DNA of 64,000 nucleotides from Flavobacteriales bacterium (GCA_040377305.1 JBEIPA010000007.1:96001-160000); one strand, 5' to 3'; positions 30,076-40,387 are shown, counted from the first letter of the stretch. A program made the numbers and translations. Notes: generated from the sequence alone by a model not told the origin.

Positions 30076-31320
30076 ATGAAAACGGAAACGACAACGGTAA
30101 GTGTTTACGACGTGCAGAAATACCGTCGCGATTTCCCTATTCTTTCCCGGCAGATCAACGGCAAGCCACTCGTTTATTTCGATAATGGCGCAACTACACA
30201 AAAGCCAAAGCAGGTAATTGATTCAATCGTCAATTACTATTCTTCATACAACGCGAACATTCACCGAGGCGTTCACCGTTTAAGCCAGGAAGCATCGGCA
30301 GCATACGAAGCAGCACGCAGAACTGTACGCAATCACATTGCCGCAGCTAACGACGAAGAAATTATTTTCACACGTGGCACTACAGATGCAGTGAATCTCG
30401 TGGCTCACGCATACCTGCGCAATCGCCTTCAACCGGGAGATGAAATTGTGATTACCGGAATGGAACATCACTCGAACATTCTTCCCTGGCAGCAACTGTG
30501 CGAAGAGAAAGGCGGCATACTTCGCGTAATTCCGGTAACTGAATCCGGTGAACTCGATCAGTTAGCCATTCAGAAAATATTTTCACCGAAAACGAAATTC
30601 TTCGCATTCACGCACGTGTCGAATACACTCGGGACCATTAATCCTGCGAAGGAACTTACTTCATTTGCACACGAACACAACGTTCCGGTTTTCATTGATG
30701 GTGCACAGGCAATTCCGCATCTCGAAGTTGACGTTACAGACATCAATTGCGAGTTCTATTGCTTTTCAGGACACAAAGTGTATGCACCAACCGGAATCGG
30801 AGTACTCTATGTGAAGAAGGACGTACTTGACGATATGCAACCGTATCAAACCGGTGGAGGAACAATCAAGACGGTTACATTCGAAAAAACAGAATACGTT
30901 TCCGGTCCGCTGAAGTACGAAGCCGGAACTCCGAACATCGAAGGCGCAATCGGCTTAGGTGTGGCACTCGATTATGTCAATGAAATCGGCATGGCGAATA
31001 TTGCAGCACACGAGCATGAGCTTTTCGTGTACGCAAAAAGTAAGTTGCAGGAAATTCTGAACATTCGTTTTATCGGAGAGGCAAAAAATCAAGCCGGTGT
31101 AATTTCATTCGTCGTAGGAAATATTCACCCGTTCGATATCGGAACGATTCTCGATCAGCAGGGAATTGCAGTTCGTACGGGTCATCATTGTACACAACCG
31201 CTGATGAGTTGCTTCGGAATTCCGGGCACAGTTCGCGTTTCTTTCGCGCTATACAATACGACAGAAGAAGTCGATCAGTTAATCACTGCTTTGCAGAAAG
31301 CGGTAAAAATGTTGAGTTGA
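30076..31320 (+). CDS. sufS: Cysteine desulfurase SufS
   Basis: YFDNGATTQKP, EHHSN, SGHK (PLP Lys), RTGHHC. Confidence 0.97.
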   Translation: MKTETTTVSVYDVQKYRRDFPILSRQINGKPLVYFDNGATTQKPKQVIDSIVNYYSSYNANIHRGVHRLSQEASAAYEAARRTVRNHIAAANDEEIIFTRGTTDAVNLVAHAYLRNRLQPGDEIVITGMEHHSNILPWQQLCEEKGGILRVIPVTESGELDQLAIQKIFSPKTKFFAFTHVSNTLGTINPAKELTSFAHEHNVPVFIDGAQAIPHLEVDVTDINCEFYCFSGHKVYAPTGIGVLYVKKDVLDDMQPYQTGGGTIKTVTFEKTEYVSGPLKYEAGTPNIEGAIGLGVALDYVNEIGMANIAAHEHELFVYAKSKLQEILNIRFIGEAKNQAGVISFVVGNIHPFDIGTILDQQGIAVRTGHHCTQPLMSCFGIPGTVRVSFALYNTTEEVDQLITALQKAVKMLS

Positions 31321-31322
31321 GC

Positions 31323-31742
31323 ATGAGCATCGCTGAAACAGAAAGTGAAATTGTAGAAGAGTTCGGCATGTTCGAACAGTGGGATGATAAGTACCAGTAC
31401 ATCATTGATCTGGGCAAGTCGCTCGCACCAATGGATGAGAAACTGAAGACCGAAGAGCGATTGATAAAAGGTTGCCAGAGCCGTGTCTGGTTACATACTG
31501 AGTTGAAAGATGGGAAAGTATATTTTACTGCTGATAGTGATGCAATCATTACGAAAGGCCTTGTGGCGTTAATGGTGCGTGTTTTATCGGAACATACAGC
31601 GAAAGAGATTGTGGACGCACCGTTGAACTTTATCAACGAAATCGGATTGAAGGATCACTTGTCTCCAACACGTTCGAACGGTTTGTTGTCGATGGTGAAA
31701 CAAATGAAACTGGATGCACTTGCTTTAACTGCGAAGAATTGA
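31323..31742 (+). CDS. sufE: Sulfur acceptor SufE
   Basis: IKGCQSRVW, DSDAIITKG, LSPTRSNG; start MSIAE. Confidence 0.95.
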   Translation: MSIAETESEIVEEFGMFEQWDDKYQYIIDLGKSLAPMDEKLKTEERLIKGCQSRVWLHTELKDGKVYFTADSDAIITKGLVALMVRVLSEHTAKEIVDAPLNFINEIGLKDHLSPTRSNGLLSMVKQMKLDALALTAKN

Positions 31743-31743
31743 T

Positions 31744-32073
31744 ATGAATACAATCATAGTTTCGAAAGATGCTGAACTCGGGCAAAAAGTCATTGACGCG
31801 ATCAAGACATGCTACGATCCGGAAATTCCTGTAGATATCTGGGAGCTGGGACTTATTTACGAAATCAACATCAACGATGAGAATGAAGTTCTTGTTCGAA
31901 TGACATTGACATCTCCGAATTGTCCGGCAGCAGAAACTTTGCCAGCTGATGTGGATATGAAAGTGCGTGAGATTCGCGGTATCAAGTCGTGCAAAGTGGA
32001 GATTACGTTTGAGCCACCGTGGGATAAGGAGATGATGAGTGAAGTGGCGCAGCTTGAACTCGGGTTCATGTAA
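31744..32073 (+). CDS. DUF59/SufT-family Fe-S assembly protein
   Basis: YDPEIPVDIWELGLIY, MTLTSPNCP, FEPPW. Confidence 0.93.
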   Translation: MNTIIVSKDAELGQKVIDAIKTCYDPEIPVDIWELGLIYEININDENEVLVRMTLTSPNCPAAETLPADVDMKVREIRGIKSCKVEITFEPPWDKEMMSEVAQLELGFM

Positions 32074-32121
32074 TAAACGGCAAGAAGGCAGTAAGCAGTT
32101 GGGTAGTAGGCACTCAAAGCA

Positions 32122-32628
32122 ATGGAAGAAATAACAAACAGAGTCGCGAACAGTGGATTGATCACAATCGATCTTGGGGATATGTATCCTGAGGGCGAGC
32201 GTGTGCTGTTTGACATCAAGGACCGTTTGTTTCAGGGATTGATTTTACGGGAGAAAGATTTCCGTGAATTTATTGCTACTCACGATTGGGCTCAGTATAA
32301 AGACAAGTACGTTGCGTTGACGTGTACAGCCGATGCCATCATTCCCGATTGGACATGGATGTTACTTGCATCGGCACTAGAACCATTCGCTAAGAAAATC
32401 GTGTTCGGTGATCTGGAGAAACTTGAGACGGTTTTGTTTGACGAATTGCTTTCTTCGCTTAACGCAGAGCAATACCGTGATCAGCGCATTGTTGTAAAAG
32501 GATGCGGCGACAAACCCGTTCCGAAAACAGCGTATATCGAAATGGTTCGTAAGCTGCAACCGGTGGTGAAGAGCATCATGTACGGTGAGCCGTGCTCTAC
32601 GGTGCCGATTTATAAGCGACCAAAGTAA
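32122..32628 (+). CDS. DUF2480 family protein
   Basis: EITNRVANS..., LILREKDFR, SIMYGEPCSTVP. Confidence 0.85.
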   Translation: MEEITNRVANSGLITIDLGDMYPEGERVLFDIKDRLFQGLILREKDFREFIATHDWAQYKDKYVALTCTADAIIPDWTWMLLASALEPFAKKIVFGDLEKLETVLFDELLSSLNAEQYRDQRIVVKGCGDKPVPKTAYIEMVRKLQPVVKSIMYGEPCSTVPIYKRPK

Positions 32629-32685
32629 CATTCTCTTTTTTTGACCACGAAGTACACTAAGACACAAAGTTTAGTGTTTCGTGAT

Positions 32686-33453
32686 TTAGAAGTGCGTCGT
32701 GGATTTGAGCAGTCCACCTTTGTAATATTCTTCACGGATTTTCTCCCCATTTTCACTGTAGTAGTTCCACGCTCCATCTTTAAGAAACGTAATGCAGAGT
32801 ATGCCAGAGAGAATGATCTCGTCAAACCCTGTTTTTTTGACAACCACTGCAATGCCTGCGCTGTCCACTATTGGATACTTCACCGTAAATGCCTGCGGAA
32901 GATATTTTCCTTCGGATTCAAGTACGCCGTTTTCGTGAAACATGAACCAAGTTCCTGTTGGCACGAAGCACCTCGTATTACATCTTTCGGATTCGTAAAT
33001 ATCAAACGTCGTACTGTCACGGATTATATATGATCCGGAAATATCAGAGTAATGAGAGTAAGTGCCCCATTGAAAAATAGTGCCGGTCTCATTCCAAAAG
33101 TCTATAGACAAAAAACCTGTGTCTGAATTGATTTCCATATATGCAAGAAGACCACTTCTTGTCCATCGACGCAATGTGTCGCAGTACTCGTGATTTTTCT
33201 CGACATACTCGTCTGATTTGTTTCCGTTCCCGAAGTAGTGTGTCACGCGCCGGTGAAACTGAGAAGTGTCAATCCATTCAATTGTGCAAACAAGGATAGC
33301 GCTGTCGTCATACACATATTCAGTGTTCGAAACCGAATCCAGTATATGTGGATAATTTGCATAGACATCTTCGAACGGTTTTTCATGAATTGGATATTGG
33401 GCGAAACCATTGATCGAATATTGCAGCAGTATGATCAAGAATATGTTCTTCAT
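32686..33453 (-). CDS. Secreted MORN-variant/YwqK-like repeat protein (paralog 1)
   Basis: Signal peptide from MKNIF; GTWFMFHENGVLESEGKY; DGAWNYYSENGEKIREEYY. Confidence 0.7.
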   Translation of the reverse strand: MKNIFLIILLQYSINGFAQYPIHEKPFEDVYANYPHILDSVSNTEYVYDDSAILVCTIEWIDTSQFHRRVTHYFGNGNKSDEYVEKNHEYCDTLRRWTRSGLLAYMEINSDTGFLSIDFWNETGTIFQWGTYSHYSDISGSYIIRDSTTFDIYESERCNTRCFVPTGTWFMFHENGVLESEGKYLPQAFTVKYPIVDSAGIAVVVKKTGFDEIILSGILCITFLKDGAWNYYSENGEKIREEYYKGGLLKSTTHF

Positions 33454-33466
33454 AAAAGACATTAGT

Positions 33467-34192
33467 TCAGTGATAAATTGTCTTTCGCAACAACCCACCT
33501 TCATAATATTCTTCCCGAATTTTCTTTCCGAACTCATCGTAAAAAGCCCATTGTCCATCGCGTAGCAGGACGTCTCCCTCCAAGACTATCAGGACAAAAG
33601 TTCCAGGTGGATAACAGGGACTTTCGTATACAAGTGTGTCTTGGTAGACTTGTTCTGATTCGAACTGAATGGGTAAATAGTTGCCGCTTGATTCTAATTG
33701 ACCATTTGAGTGAAATGTGTGCCACGTGCCAATCGGGGCGTAGCAACCATAGTCGCATGGTTTGGAATTGTATTTTATTTCATTCACAGTGTCTTCAATC
33801 AGGATCGGAGGTTGAATCTTTCCCAGCAATTTGTATTCACCGCGTTGTCGGATTCGATTGGAACTATCGTGATAATCAATGGAAATGTATCCGGCACTCG
33901 AGTAAACATCAAGATGTGTAAGAAATCCGTCAGAGTCCCAGTGCCACGAGGTATCATACTTCATTGCGTAACGCTGAGAGTACTCTTCTCTTTTGTTCCC
34001 GTTCCACCAATATTTTGTAACGTGCCGATCCTGAGCGCTCCCTGTGTCACGCCATTGATAAACTTCGTCTGGTTTTGCGCCGTTACGAAATGTCCAGATT
34101 TGTGTTTGTGTAAGAGAATCGAATCTGTAAACCTGCTGGGCGATTGCATTTGCGCCTAAGAGCATACATAGAAAAGCGAATGGCCGTCTCAT
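33467..34192 (-). CDS. Secreted MORN-variant/YwqK-like repeat protein (paralog 2)
   Basis: Signal peptide; GTWHTFHSNGQLESSGNY; DGQWAFYDEFGKKIREEYY. Confidence 0.7.
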   Translation of the reverse strand: MRRPFAFLCMLLGANAIAQQVYRFDSLTQTQIWTFRNGAKPDEVYQWRDTGSAQDRHVTKYWWNGNKREEYSQRYAMKYDTSWHWDSDGFLTHLDVYSSAGYISIDYHDSSNRIRQRGEYKLLGKIQPPILIEDTVNEIKYNSKPCDYGCYAPIGTWHTFHSNGQLESSGNYLPIQFESEQVYQDTLVYESPCYPPGTFVLIVLEGDVLLRDGQWAFYDEFGKKIREEYYEGGLLRKTIYH

Positions 34193-34266
34193 GCATCAAT
34201 AATCCCCGCCTCGATAAAAAGCCACAAAAAAAAGGTCGCCTTCCGACGACCCTTGCATTCACATAT

Positions 34267-34692
34267 TTATTTTATATAATTCGGCGACTCACATTCCTGC
34301 CAGTACTCTACAATCTTTCGGATTGTGGCTTTCAGTTTTTCGGAACTTGAAGGTTTGACAAAAAATCCCTGAACTGATTTGGAGTAGGCGTTGATCACAT
34401 GATCCTGATCGTTCCGCGTGGTGAAGAAAAGATAGGGAATGCACTTGAGCCTTAAATTTTCATTGTTGTGAATCTGCTCCCGGAGTGCCATACCGTTAAG
34501 TTTGGGCATGTCGATATCGGAGAGAATAATGAATGGCTCTATCGGACTCTGCTGCAAATACTCGAAGGCCAATTCACCATCCTTGAAAAAGATAATCTCG
34601 TTACCGAAATCCAGTTCAGTAAAAACGTTCAGCATATACTGCTGGTCGTCGCCGTCGTCCTCAATTACAATTATTGGTCCTGTCTTATTCAT
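34267..34692 (-). CDS. Single-domain response regulator
   Basis: IEDDGDD, LSDIDMP, FFVKP; start MNKTGP. Confidence 0.9.
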   Translation of the reverse strand: MNKTGPIIVIEDDGDDQQYMLNVFTELDFGNEIIFFKDGELAFEYLQQSPIEPFIILSDIDMPKLNGMALREQIHNNENLRLKCIPYLFFTTRNDQDHVINAYSKSVQGFFVKPSSSEKLKATIRKIVEYWQECESPNYIK

Positions 34693-34790
34693 AGGTATGG
34701 TTGGGGTTATACCAGAGTGCGAAATTACGCATTGAAACTCCGGGTTTAACAACAATTCATCGCGGATAATGCCGAATAGGGCTAAAAAGA

Positions 34791-34820
34791 AAAATCCCCT
34801 GCATTTAAACAGAGGATTTT
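34791..34820 (-). terminator. Intrinsic terminator
   Basis: AAAATCCCCTG...CAGAGGATTTT imperfect stem with an A-run on the + strand. Confidence 0.6.
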
Positions 34821-34839
34821 CCATGTATAACGAGGTTTT

Positions 34840-36798
34840 CTACTTTACCAGCATCATCTTCTTCATCGTAGTTTCACCATTTGCTGTAACGCGAACGAAG
34901 TAGATTCCCGACGGATGTGATTCACAGTTGATTATTGCCCGTGAACCGGAAACGGTGGTCGACTGAACTGCACGACCGGTCACATCTACTAATTCAACAA
35001 TCGCACTGTTCTGCGCTGTTGCGAAATCAATCACGAATGATCCATTATTTGGATTCGGCATCAAAGAGAATTCAATTTCTTCCTGCGAATTGACAGCGAG
35101 ACACAAGTCAACCGTAACGGAGACCGTATCAATTGCACCGCAACCTGTGAGGCTGTCAGTATACGCGTACATGAGATCATGTGAACCCGAACCTGCAGTC
35201 ATTGGCGTGAAATTATTTCCTGATACACCAGGACCCGACCAGCTGCCGCCGGAAGGAGTTCCGCTCAAAGAGATGGTTGCATCATCAAGACAAATCATTG
35301 GAGGAGCAATTCCCGTTACTACTGGAACTGAATTGATCGTTACAGTGATTGCATCGGTAGCTGAACATCCGTTTGCATCCGTTACTACCACCGAATAAGT
35401 TCCGCTTGTATTCGCCATTAGCGTTTGTCCGGTTGACATATCACTCCACAAGTATGTAGCGCCAACAATTTGACCGTCGAGGAGAATTGATCCGCCGCAC
35501 AATGCTGTATCAGCACCAAGGAATACAACCGGATTTGCATTGATCGTAACGTTGATTGTATCATTCGCACCGCAACCGTTTGCATCCGTAACATTCACAG
35601 AATAAGTTCCGGTTGCTGTAACCAATAGCGTTTGGTTTGTCGACATATCACTCCACATGTAAGTTGATCCCGCATTGTTCGCATCAAGCGTAACTGTTCC
35701 GCCACACTGTGTGATATCCGCACCTAAGCCAATTACAGGCAGAGGTTGAATCGTAAGTGTGAATGTTGTTGGTGCACTGCTTCCGCATGCATTGTCTGCA
35801 GTAACACTGATTGTTGTTGTCATTGTTCCCGGCTGAACATCTACTGAGGTAGTTCCTTGTCCTGAAACGATTGAAGCATCACCCGTTACCGACCAGGTGT
35901 AACCAGTTGCGCCGCCCACAGGAGAAATAGAGTAGTTGAGTTGCGCAGATCCTGCGCAAACTGCAGTTGTTCCTGAAATTGCAGTTGGAGAGGAAGGAGG
36001 ACCCGCACCAGGCGTGTAGGTGATAATTACTATACCATCTCCGGTATTGTTTCCACCGGTATTGTTCTGGTTCGTTCCAATGCTGTATGAACCACCGCCC
36101 CCGCCGGTTGCATTGATGCTGGCAGAGCCGCCACCGGAATAACCTCCGCCACCGCCACCGCAGTTACAATAACCGTAACCAACAGATCCACCACCACCAC
36201 CAAGTCCATAAGACCCCGCAGTAAATGTTGTGTTGCTTGAAGTACCGGATACTCCAGTTGAACCATTTGGTGCAAGTGTCCATCCGTTTCCGCCGCGACT
36301 GATGTTTGATGGAGTATAGGTATAGTCTAATCCGTTTGCTCCTGCGATTCCACCTGAACCTGGGTTTGAATTTCCATCAACACCATTCTGTGCGGTTACT
36401 GCGTGTTGACCAGCGTAATTCGGATCCTGAAAATCAACACCGGCACCACCACCCGCAACAATCAAAACAGTTGTGCCATTGTTCACTCCGGAACCACCGC
36501 CACCACCCGAAGAAGATGGATCAGGCATTCCACGCTGACCAACAATAATGGTGAGCACATCGCCAGGATTCACTGCGAAGTCACCTTGCATAGTTGCTCC
36601 TAATCCGCCTGCAGGAAACGGAGCCTGGCCTGTAACTTCACCACCCTGTGCACCTTTTGCAGTAATGTTGATTGAAGTTACACAGGGAGGAACTGTAAAC
36701 GTTTGCGTTGCTCCGGTGTAGTTATACGTAACTGTGGTTTGAGCAGAAATGCTTAGCCACAATGCCGCTGCGACTGAAGCGAGTAAAACTTGTTTCAT
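34840..36798 (-). CDS. T9SS-secreted protein with a glycine-rich domain and Ig/PKD-like repeats
   Basis: YTGATQTFTVP..GAQGG, poly-Gly tracts, YSV.VTDANGC repeats, PNPNNG CTD. Confidence 0.88.
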   Translation of the reverse strand: MKQVLLASVAAALWLSISAQTTVTYNYTGATQTFTVPPCVTSINITAKGAQGGEVTGQAPFPAGGLGATMQGDFAVNPGDVLTIIVGQRGMPDPSSSGGGGGSGVNNGTTVLIVAGGGAGVDFQDPNYAGQHAVTAQNGVDGNSNPGSGGIAGANGLDYTYTPSNISRGGNGWTLAPNGSTGVSGTSSNTTFTAGSYGLGGGGGSVGYGYCNCGGGGGGYSGGGSASINATGGGGGSYSIGTNQNNTGGNNTGDGIVIITYTPGAGPPSSPTAISGTTAVCAGSAQLNYSISPVGGATGYTWSVTGDASIVSGQGTTSVDVQPGTMTTTISVTADNACGSSAPTTFTLTIQPLPVIGLGADITQCGGTVTLDANNAGSTYMWSDMSTNQTLLVTATGTYSVNVTDANGCGANDTINVTINANPVVFLGADTALCGGSILLDGQIVGATYLWSDMSTGQTLMANTSGTYSVVVTDANGCSATDAITVTINSVPVVTGIAPPMICLDDATISLSGTPSGGSWSGPGVSGNNFTPMTAGSGSHDLMYAYTDSLTGCGAIDTVSVTVDLCLAVNSQEEIEFSLMPNPNNGSFVIDFATAQNSAIVELVDVTGRAVQSTTVSGSRAIINCESHPSGIYFVRVTANGETTMKKMMLVK

Positions 36799-36864
36799 GT
36801 ATTTGTGATTTGGGTTTTGCTGTGTAAATGCAGGAGCCGTATGTAATTCACACGACTCCTGAAT

Positions 36865-38685
36865 TTATTTTCCTGTATACACTACATTGAGTGTAGAATA
36901 ATGAGAAGGTGTGGTGAGCTTCACAATGTAACTTCCGCTACTGAGACCAAGTGCCGCAAAATCAATAGTTGCGTTGTGCTGACCTTCTGATTCATTTCCA
37001 CTGGTGATATCTGCAACTTTTTCTCCGAGTACATTGTAGAGTTCAAGCGTCATGTCACCTTGCTCCGGCATGGTGTATGTAACAACAGTTGTTTCGTTCG
37101 AAGGATTCGGTGCAGCCTGCAACAAAGACGACTGGAAGTTTCCGTACTCTTCCATTCCGGTAATGATTACAGTTTGCGTGTCGATGTAAGTTCCGCAACC
37201 ATTCTCCATGTAACAGATTACAGTATACGTTCCGCCAAATGCATAAGTGTGCGTTACCGGATTGTTCGTGAGGTTAATATTTCCATCGCCGAAATCCCAC
37301 ATCCAACCATCAACGTCGGTGTTGTTGAAGCTGAATGTAACACTGTTTCCTGACTGAGAAACAATGTTGAATCCGCTGGTAATCGGCATCTGTTGCTGCG
37401 TAAGTTGTACAGGAGCGATACACCAGTTATTGTTTTCATTCTGCTCAATGAAGTTATTGTCCGGATCTGTAATTGAAAGAATGTAGTAATCGCCGTTGCA
37501 AACACCCGTGAGGTCGATGAACATGTCGGGCAGATTCTGGTCGTAGATGTCGAGCATGCCGGTGTAAATTCCCTGATCTTGTCCGCAACCGCTGATAACA
37601 CCGAACGGAGAATTCGGAATATCCGCCATGGTGATCGTGTTGCCCAACGTGTCTTCGCACCAACCGTTGTTGTTTGTGCAATCGCCGAGATTGATGAGGC
37701 AGAAACTAACTTTTGCACCAGTCTTGATTACCGGCCAGTTATTCGGATCAGCAATCGTTGTGTCTTCCTGCACGAGTTTGAACTGCGACCAACCGTTGAT
37801 GTGAACGTGACCATGGGATGCATGATAAGTCATTGTTCCCGGAGTCAACGTGTCAACTGCAGTAATAACTCCGCCGTTCTTACGGTAAACAGTTTGTTTC
37901 AATTGTTGCGTGGGAGGATTTCCGTTTGGACACAACGATGTTGAGCAAGGAACACTCACCGTATCACACCAGCAGTTGTTGGATCCGTGAATTTCCATTG
38001 GACCCCAGCCGATGTTTGGTGTTGCGTTGCTCAAGCGAATCAATCCTGGAGTTTCTGTGTGCTGCTGAACGATGATATCATCAGTCGCGGTCATATCAGG
38101 AAGTAACCAGCAGTTGTATGTACTGTCGGGACACATACACCCATTCCCGTTATTCAATGCACACGGACCAAAACTTCCTGGTGGAGTTGGAGGCGGATTG
38201 TTGCAGAATGCGATGCTAATATTTTCAAAGTGCCCGGTATCATTAGGAGCTTCATCACGAATTGCAAGCATCCATGTGCCATTTGGATCCTGCCCGGCAT
38301 TCAGGTTATTCAGAGACCACTCTGGAACGTACGTGCCTGTGAATGGAGTCGGCGCACCCACCAAGGGAACCGGAGCAGCCATGTTGAAGCAAACGTTATT
38401 ATAATCGTTTGACCCGCCACCCTGATTGTTTGCGATGAAAATGGAATCACCGCTTGGAGAAATCAGAATGATATCGAGATCCCCAACGTATGTGTGCGTG
38501 ACATCGATACATACCGTGCATAGACCGAATGTTGAATCGGCAACGGAAGGAAGTCCGGAAACAACAATTGGAAGCGAGTGATATTCATTATCACGGATAA
38601 GCGCTGTTCCTGTGCTGGAAAATGTTTGCGCGAAAGCTGAACCAGCAAGAAGCATTCCGGCAAGGAGAGTGTAGAGTTTGGTCAT
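36865..38685 (-). CDS. T9SS-secreted P-domain + lysyl oxidase + PKD protein
   Basis: HTYVGDL/NGTW (P-domain); HASHGHVH, KVSFCL, DIY, DPDN...NNN (LOX); WDFGDG (PKD); PNP CTD. Confidence 0.85.
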   Translation of the reverse strand: MTKLYTLLAGMLLAGSAFAQTFSSTGTALIRDNEYHSLPIVVSGLPSVADSTFGLCTVCIDVTHTYVGDLDIILISPSGDSIFIANNQGGGSNDYNNVCFNMAAPVPLVGAPTPFTGTYVPEWSLNNLNAGQDPNGTWMLAIRDEAPNDTGHFENISIAFCNNPPPTPPGSFGPCALNNGNGCMCPDSTYNCWLLPDMTATDDIIVQQHTETPGLIRLSNATPNIGWGPMEIHGSNNCWCDTVSVPCSTSLCPNGNPPTQQLKQTVYRKNGGVITAVDTLTPGTMTYHASHGHVHINGWSQFKLVQEDTTIADPNNWPVIKTGAKVSFCLINLGDCTNNNGWCEDTLGNTITMADIPNSPFGVISGCGQDQGIYTGMLDIYDQNLPDMFIDLTGVCNGDYYILSITDPDNNFIEQNENNNWCIAPVQLTQQQMPITSGFNIVSQSGNSVTFSFNNTDVDGWMWDFGDGNINLTNNPVTHTYAFGGTYTVICYMENGCGTYIDTQTVIITGMEEYGNFQSSLLQAAPNPSNETTVVTYTMPEQGDMTLELYNVLGEKVADITSGNESEGQHNATIDFAALGLSSGSYIVKLTTPSHYSTLNVVYTGK

Positions 38686-38777
38686 GTGTTGAGAATGAGG
38701 TTCTAAGGTAAAGAAAAGTGCTGTGTCTGCGACTGTATCTTTTAAGGAAATGCGGCATTAGGACAGATAAATAGCGC

Positions 38778-39122
38778 ATGAAACCGGCCGCTTTTCTGAC
38801 TTTGTTACTGATTGTGGGCTGCTGCGGTCAAATTCCTGCCCAAACTAATGTTGGCGTGTTCACAACCCGAAGACCCGGTACTCCAACACAGGGTGATACC
38901 ATTGGTCGTGGACAAGGCGTGTGCCTCGATACGACGGTTATTTCGTTTGTGGTGACAGTCGTTTATCGTGGTGCGATCACGGAGCGCAAATACGCGGGAA
39001 ATTGTAGCGGGCCACTGCACACAACATCGGGCGGAGCGAAAATATTTTGTTCTGAGATTATTTCACAACCTCAACCAGGCGTGAATGTGCGACTGCCACC
39101 CAGAACATTTTATGTGCGATAA
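38778..39122 (+). CDS. Hypothetical exported protein
   Basis: 114-aa ORF with a signal-like N-terminus. Confidence 0.45.
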   Translation: MKPAAFLTLLLIVGCCGQIPAQTNVGVFTTRRPGTPTQGDTIGRGQGVCLDTTVISFVVTVVYRGAITERKYAGNCSGPLHTTSGGAKIFCSEIISQPQPGVNVRLPPRTFYVR

Positions 39123-39123
39123 T

Positions 39124-39972
39124 TCAGAATGCGCTGAGAATGTTTCGGACATCATTCACATACCCGCCACCAAATAAATTCACATGCACAAGCAAAGGAT
39201 AGAGGTTGCAATAGTCAACCCGTTTCTGCCAGTTTTTCTCCAGGGGAAAAGCGGCGTTGTACGCTTCATAAAACTGTGTGTCGAATCCGCCGAAGAGTTT
39301 TGTCATAGCAATATCCATTTCGCGATTTCCAAAATAAACTGCGGGATCGAAAATCGAAGGACCTTTGGAACTGAACAGAATATTTCCGCTCCACAAATCG
39401 CCGTGAAGGAGTGCTGGTTTTTCGTTGGGGAATATTTCAACGATGCGCTTGCAAAAATTTTCCGCCGCAGTGAGATCCGTTCGGTCCAATGCGCCACTAT
39501 CGAGAGCCCGCTTTACCTGTGGAAGGATTCTTTCGTTGGTGAAAAACGCGGACCATGAATCGTGAAAGGTGTTGCTTTGCGGAAGTGAACCAATGTAATT
39601 GTCGTGATCAAGTCCAAACTGATTTGCACTACAATTGTGCATGGTGGCAAGTAAACGTCCTGCTTTTTGCCAGTCGATGGGACCAGTCCCGATAAAAGTC
39701 AGAAGCAAGTAGGAATGGCCTTCAACATCTCCCAAAGAAATCACCTCAGGAATTGCGAAGCCGGAATATTTCTTCAGGAGAGCAAGTCCGTTCTTTTCTG
39801 TTTCAAACATGTTTGGGTATAGACTCGCGTTGTTCCACTTCACGAAGTAATTTCCGGAAGTAGTTTCAATGCGCGCAGTTTGAATGATGCTTCCGCCTCC
39901 AACGAATTTCAGCTGGACGACTTTGGCGCCAAGCTCTTTTTCAATACGCGATTTAACAGGCTCAGGAAGCAT
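39124..39972 (-). CDS. Fructosamine kinase family protein
   Basis: FVKWN, DNYIG, LLHGDLWSGN, FDPAVY, LYPLLVH. Confidence 0.95.
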   Translation of the reverse strand: MLPEPVKSRIEKELGAKVVQLKFVGGGSIIQTARIETTSGNYFVKWNNASLYPNMFETEKNGLALLKKYSGFAIPEVISLGDVEGHSYLLLTFIGTGPIDWQKAGRLLATMHNCSANQFGLDHDNYIGSLPQSNTFHDSWSAFFTNERILPQVKRALDSGALDRTDLTAAENFCKRIVEIFPNEKPALLHGDLWSGNILFSSKGPSIFDPAVYFGNREMDIAMTKLFGGFDTQFYEAYNAAFPLEKNWQKRVDYCNLYPLLVHVNLFGGGYVNDVRNILSAF

Positions 39973-40031
39973 CTCGCGAAGTTAACCGGTATGAATCTTG
40001 CAACAATAAATTGAATCAATTACCTTTCAGT

Positions 40032-40385
40032 ATGCTTAGGAGATTTCTTGTGATCGTATTGTGTCTGTTCCTAAACGCGACAGTTTATTCGCAGTCGGCA
40101 CCGGACACAACAAAGCGTGCGGAGATGGTTACAATCGATTCGATTTCCTCCAACGAGCTTGGATCAATGATACTCGATAAGCATGTAACGGGCTTCACTC
40201 TTACCTGGTACACGACGGAAGCGGTTTATACGTATAATATTTCCGGCAATGCTGTATTCGGTGAAGCAACGACAAAAATTCTCGCGCTTCCCCGGGGAAC
40301 CAGAATCGCGATGACCGAAATCAACCGCAAGGAAGATGATGGATCAACAACTTTCGCTCCGGCCAAAATTTATATCATCAAATAG
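40032..40385 (+). CDS. Exported protein with one GldM-C-like domain
   Basis: Signal peptide; VTGFTL...SGN...ALPRGTRIAMTEINRKEDDG. Confidence 0.6.
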   Translation: MLRRFLVIVLCLFLNATVYSQSAPDTTKRAEMVTIDSISSNELGSMILDKHVTGFTLTWYTTEAVYTYNISGNAVFGEATTKILALPRGTRIAMTEINRKEDDGSTTFAPAKIYIIK

Positions 40386-40387
40386 CT

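Noticed and set aside
27976-32684. CCACGAAG...ACACAAAG remnants at about 27977-28010 and 32645-32669
   Set aside because: Probably a degenerate dispersed repeat, but two short copies are not enough to define it
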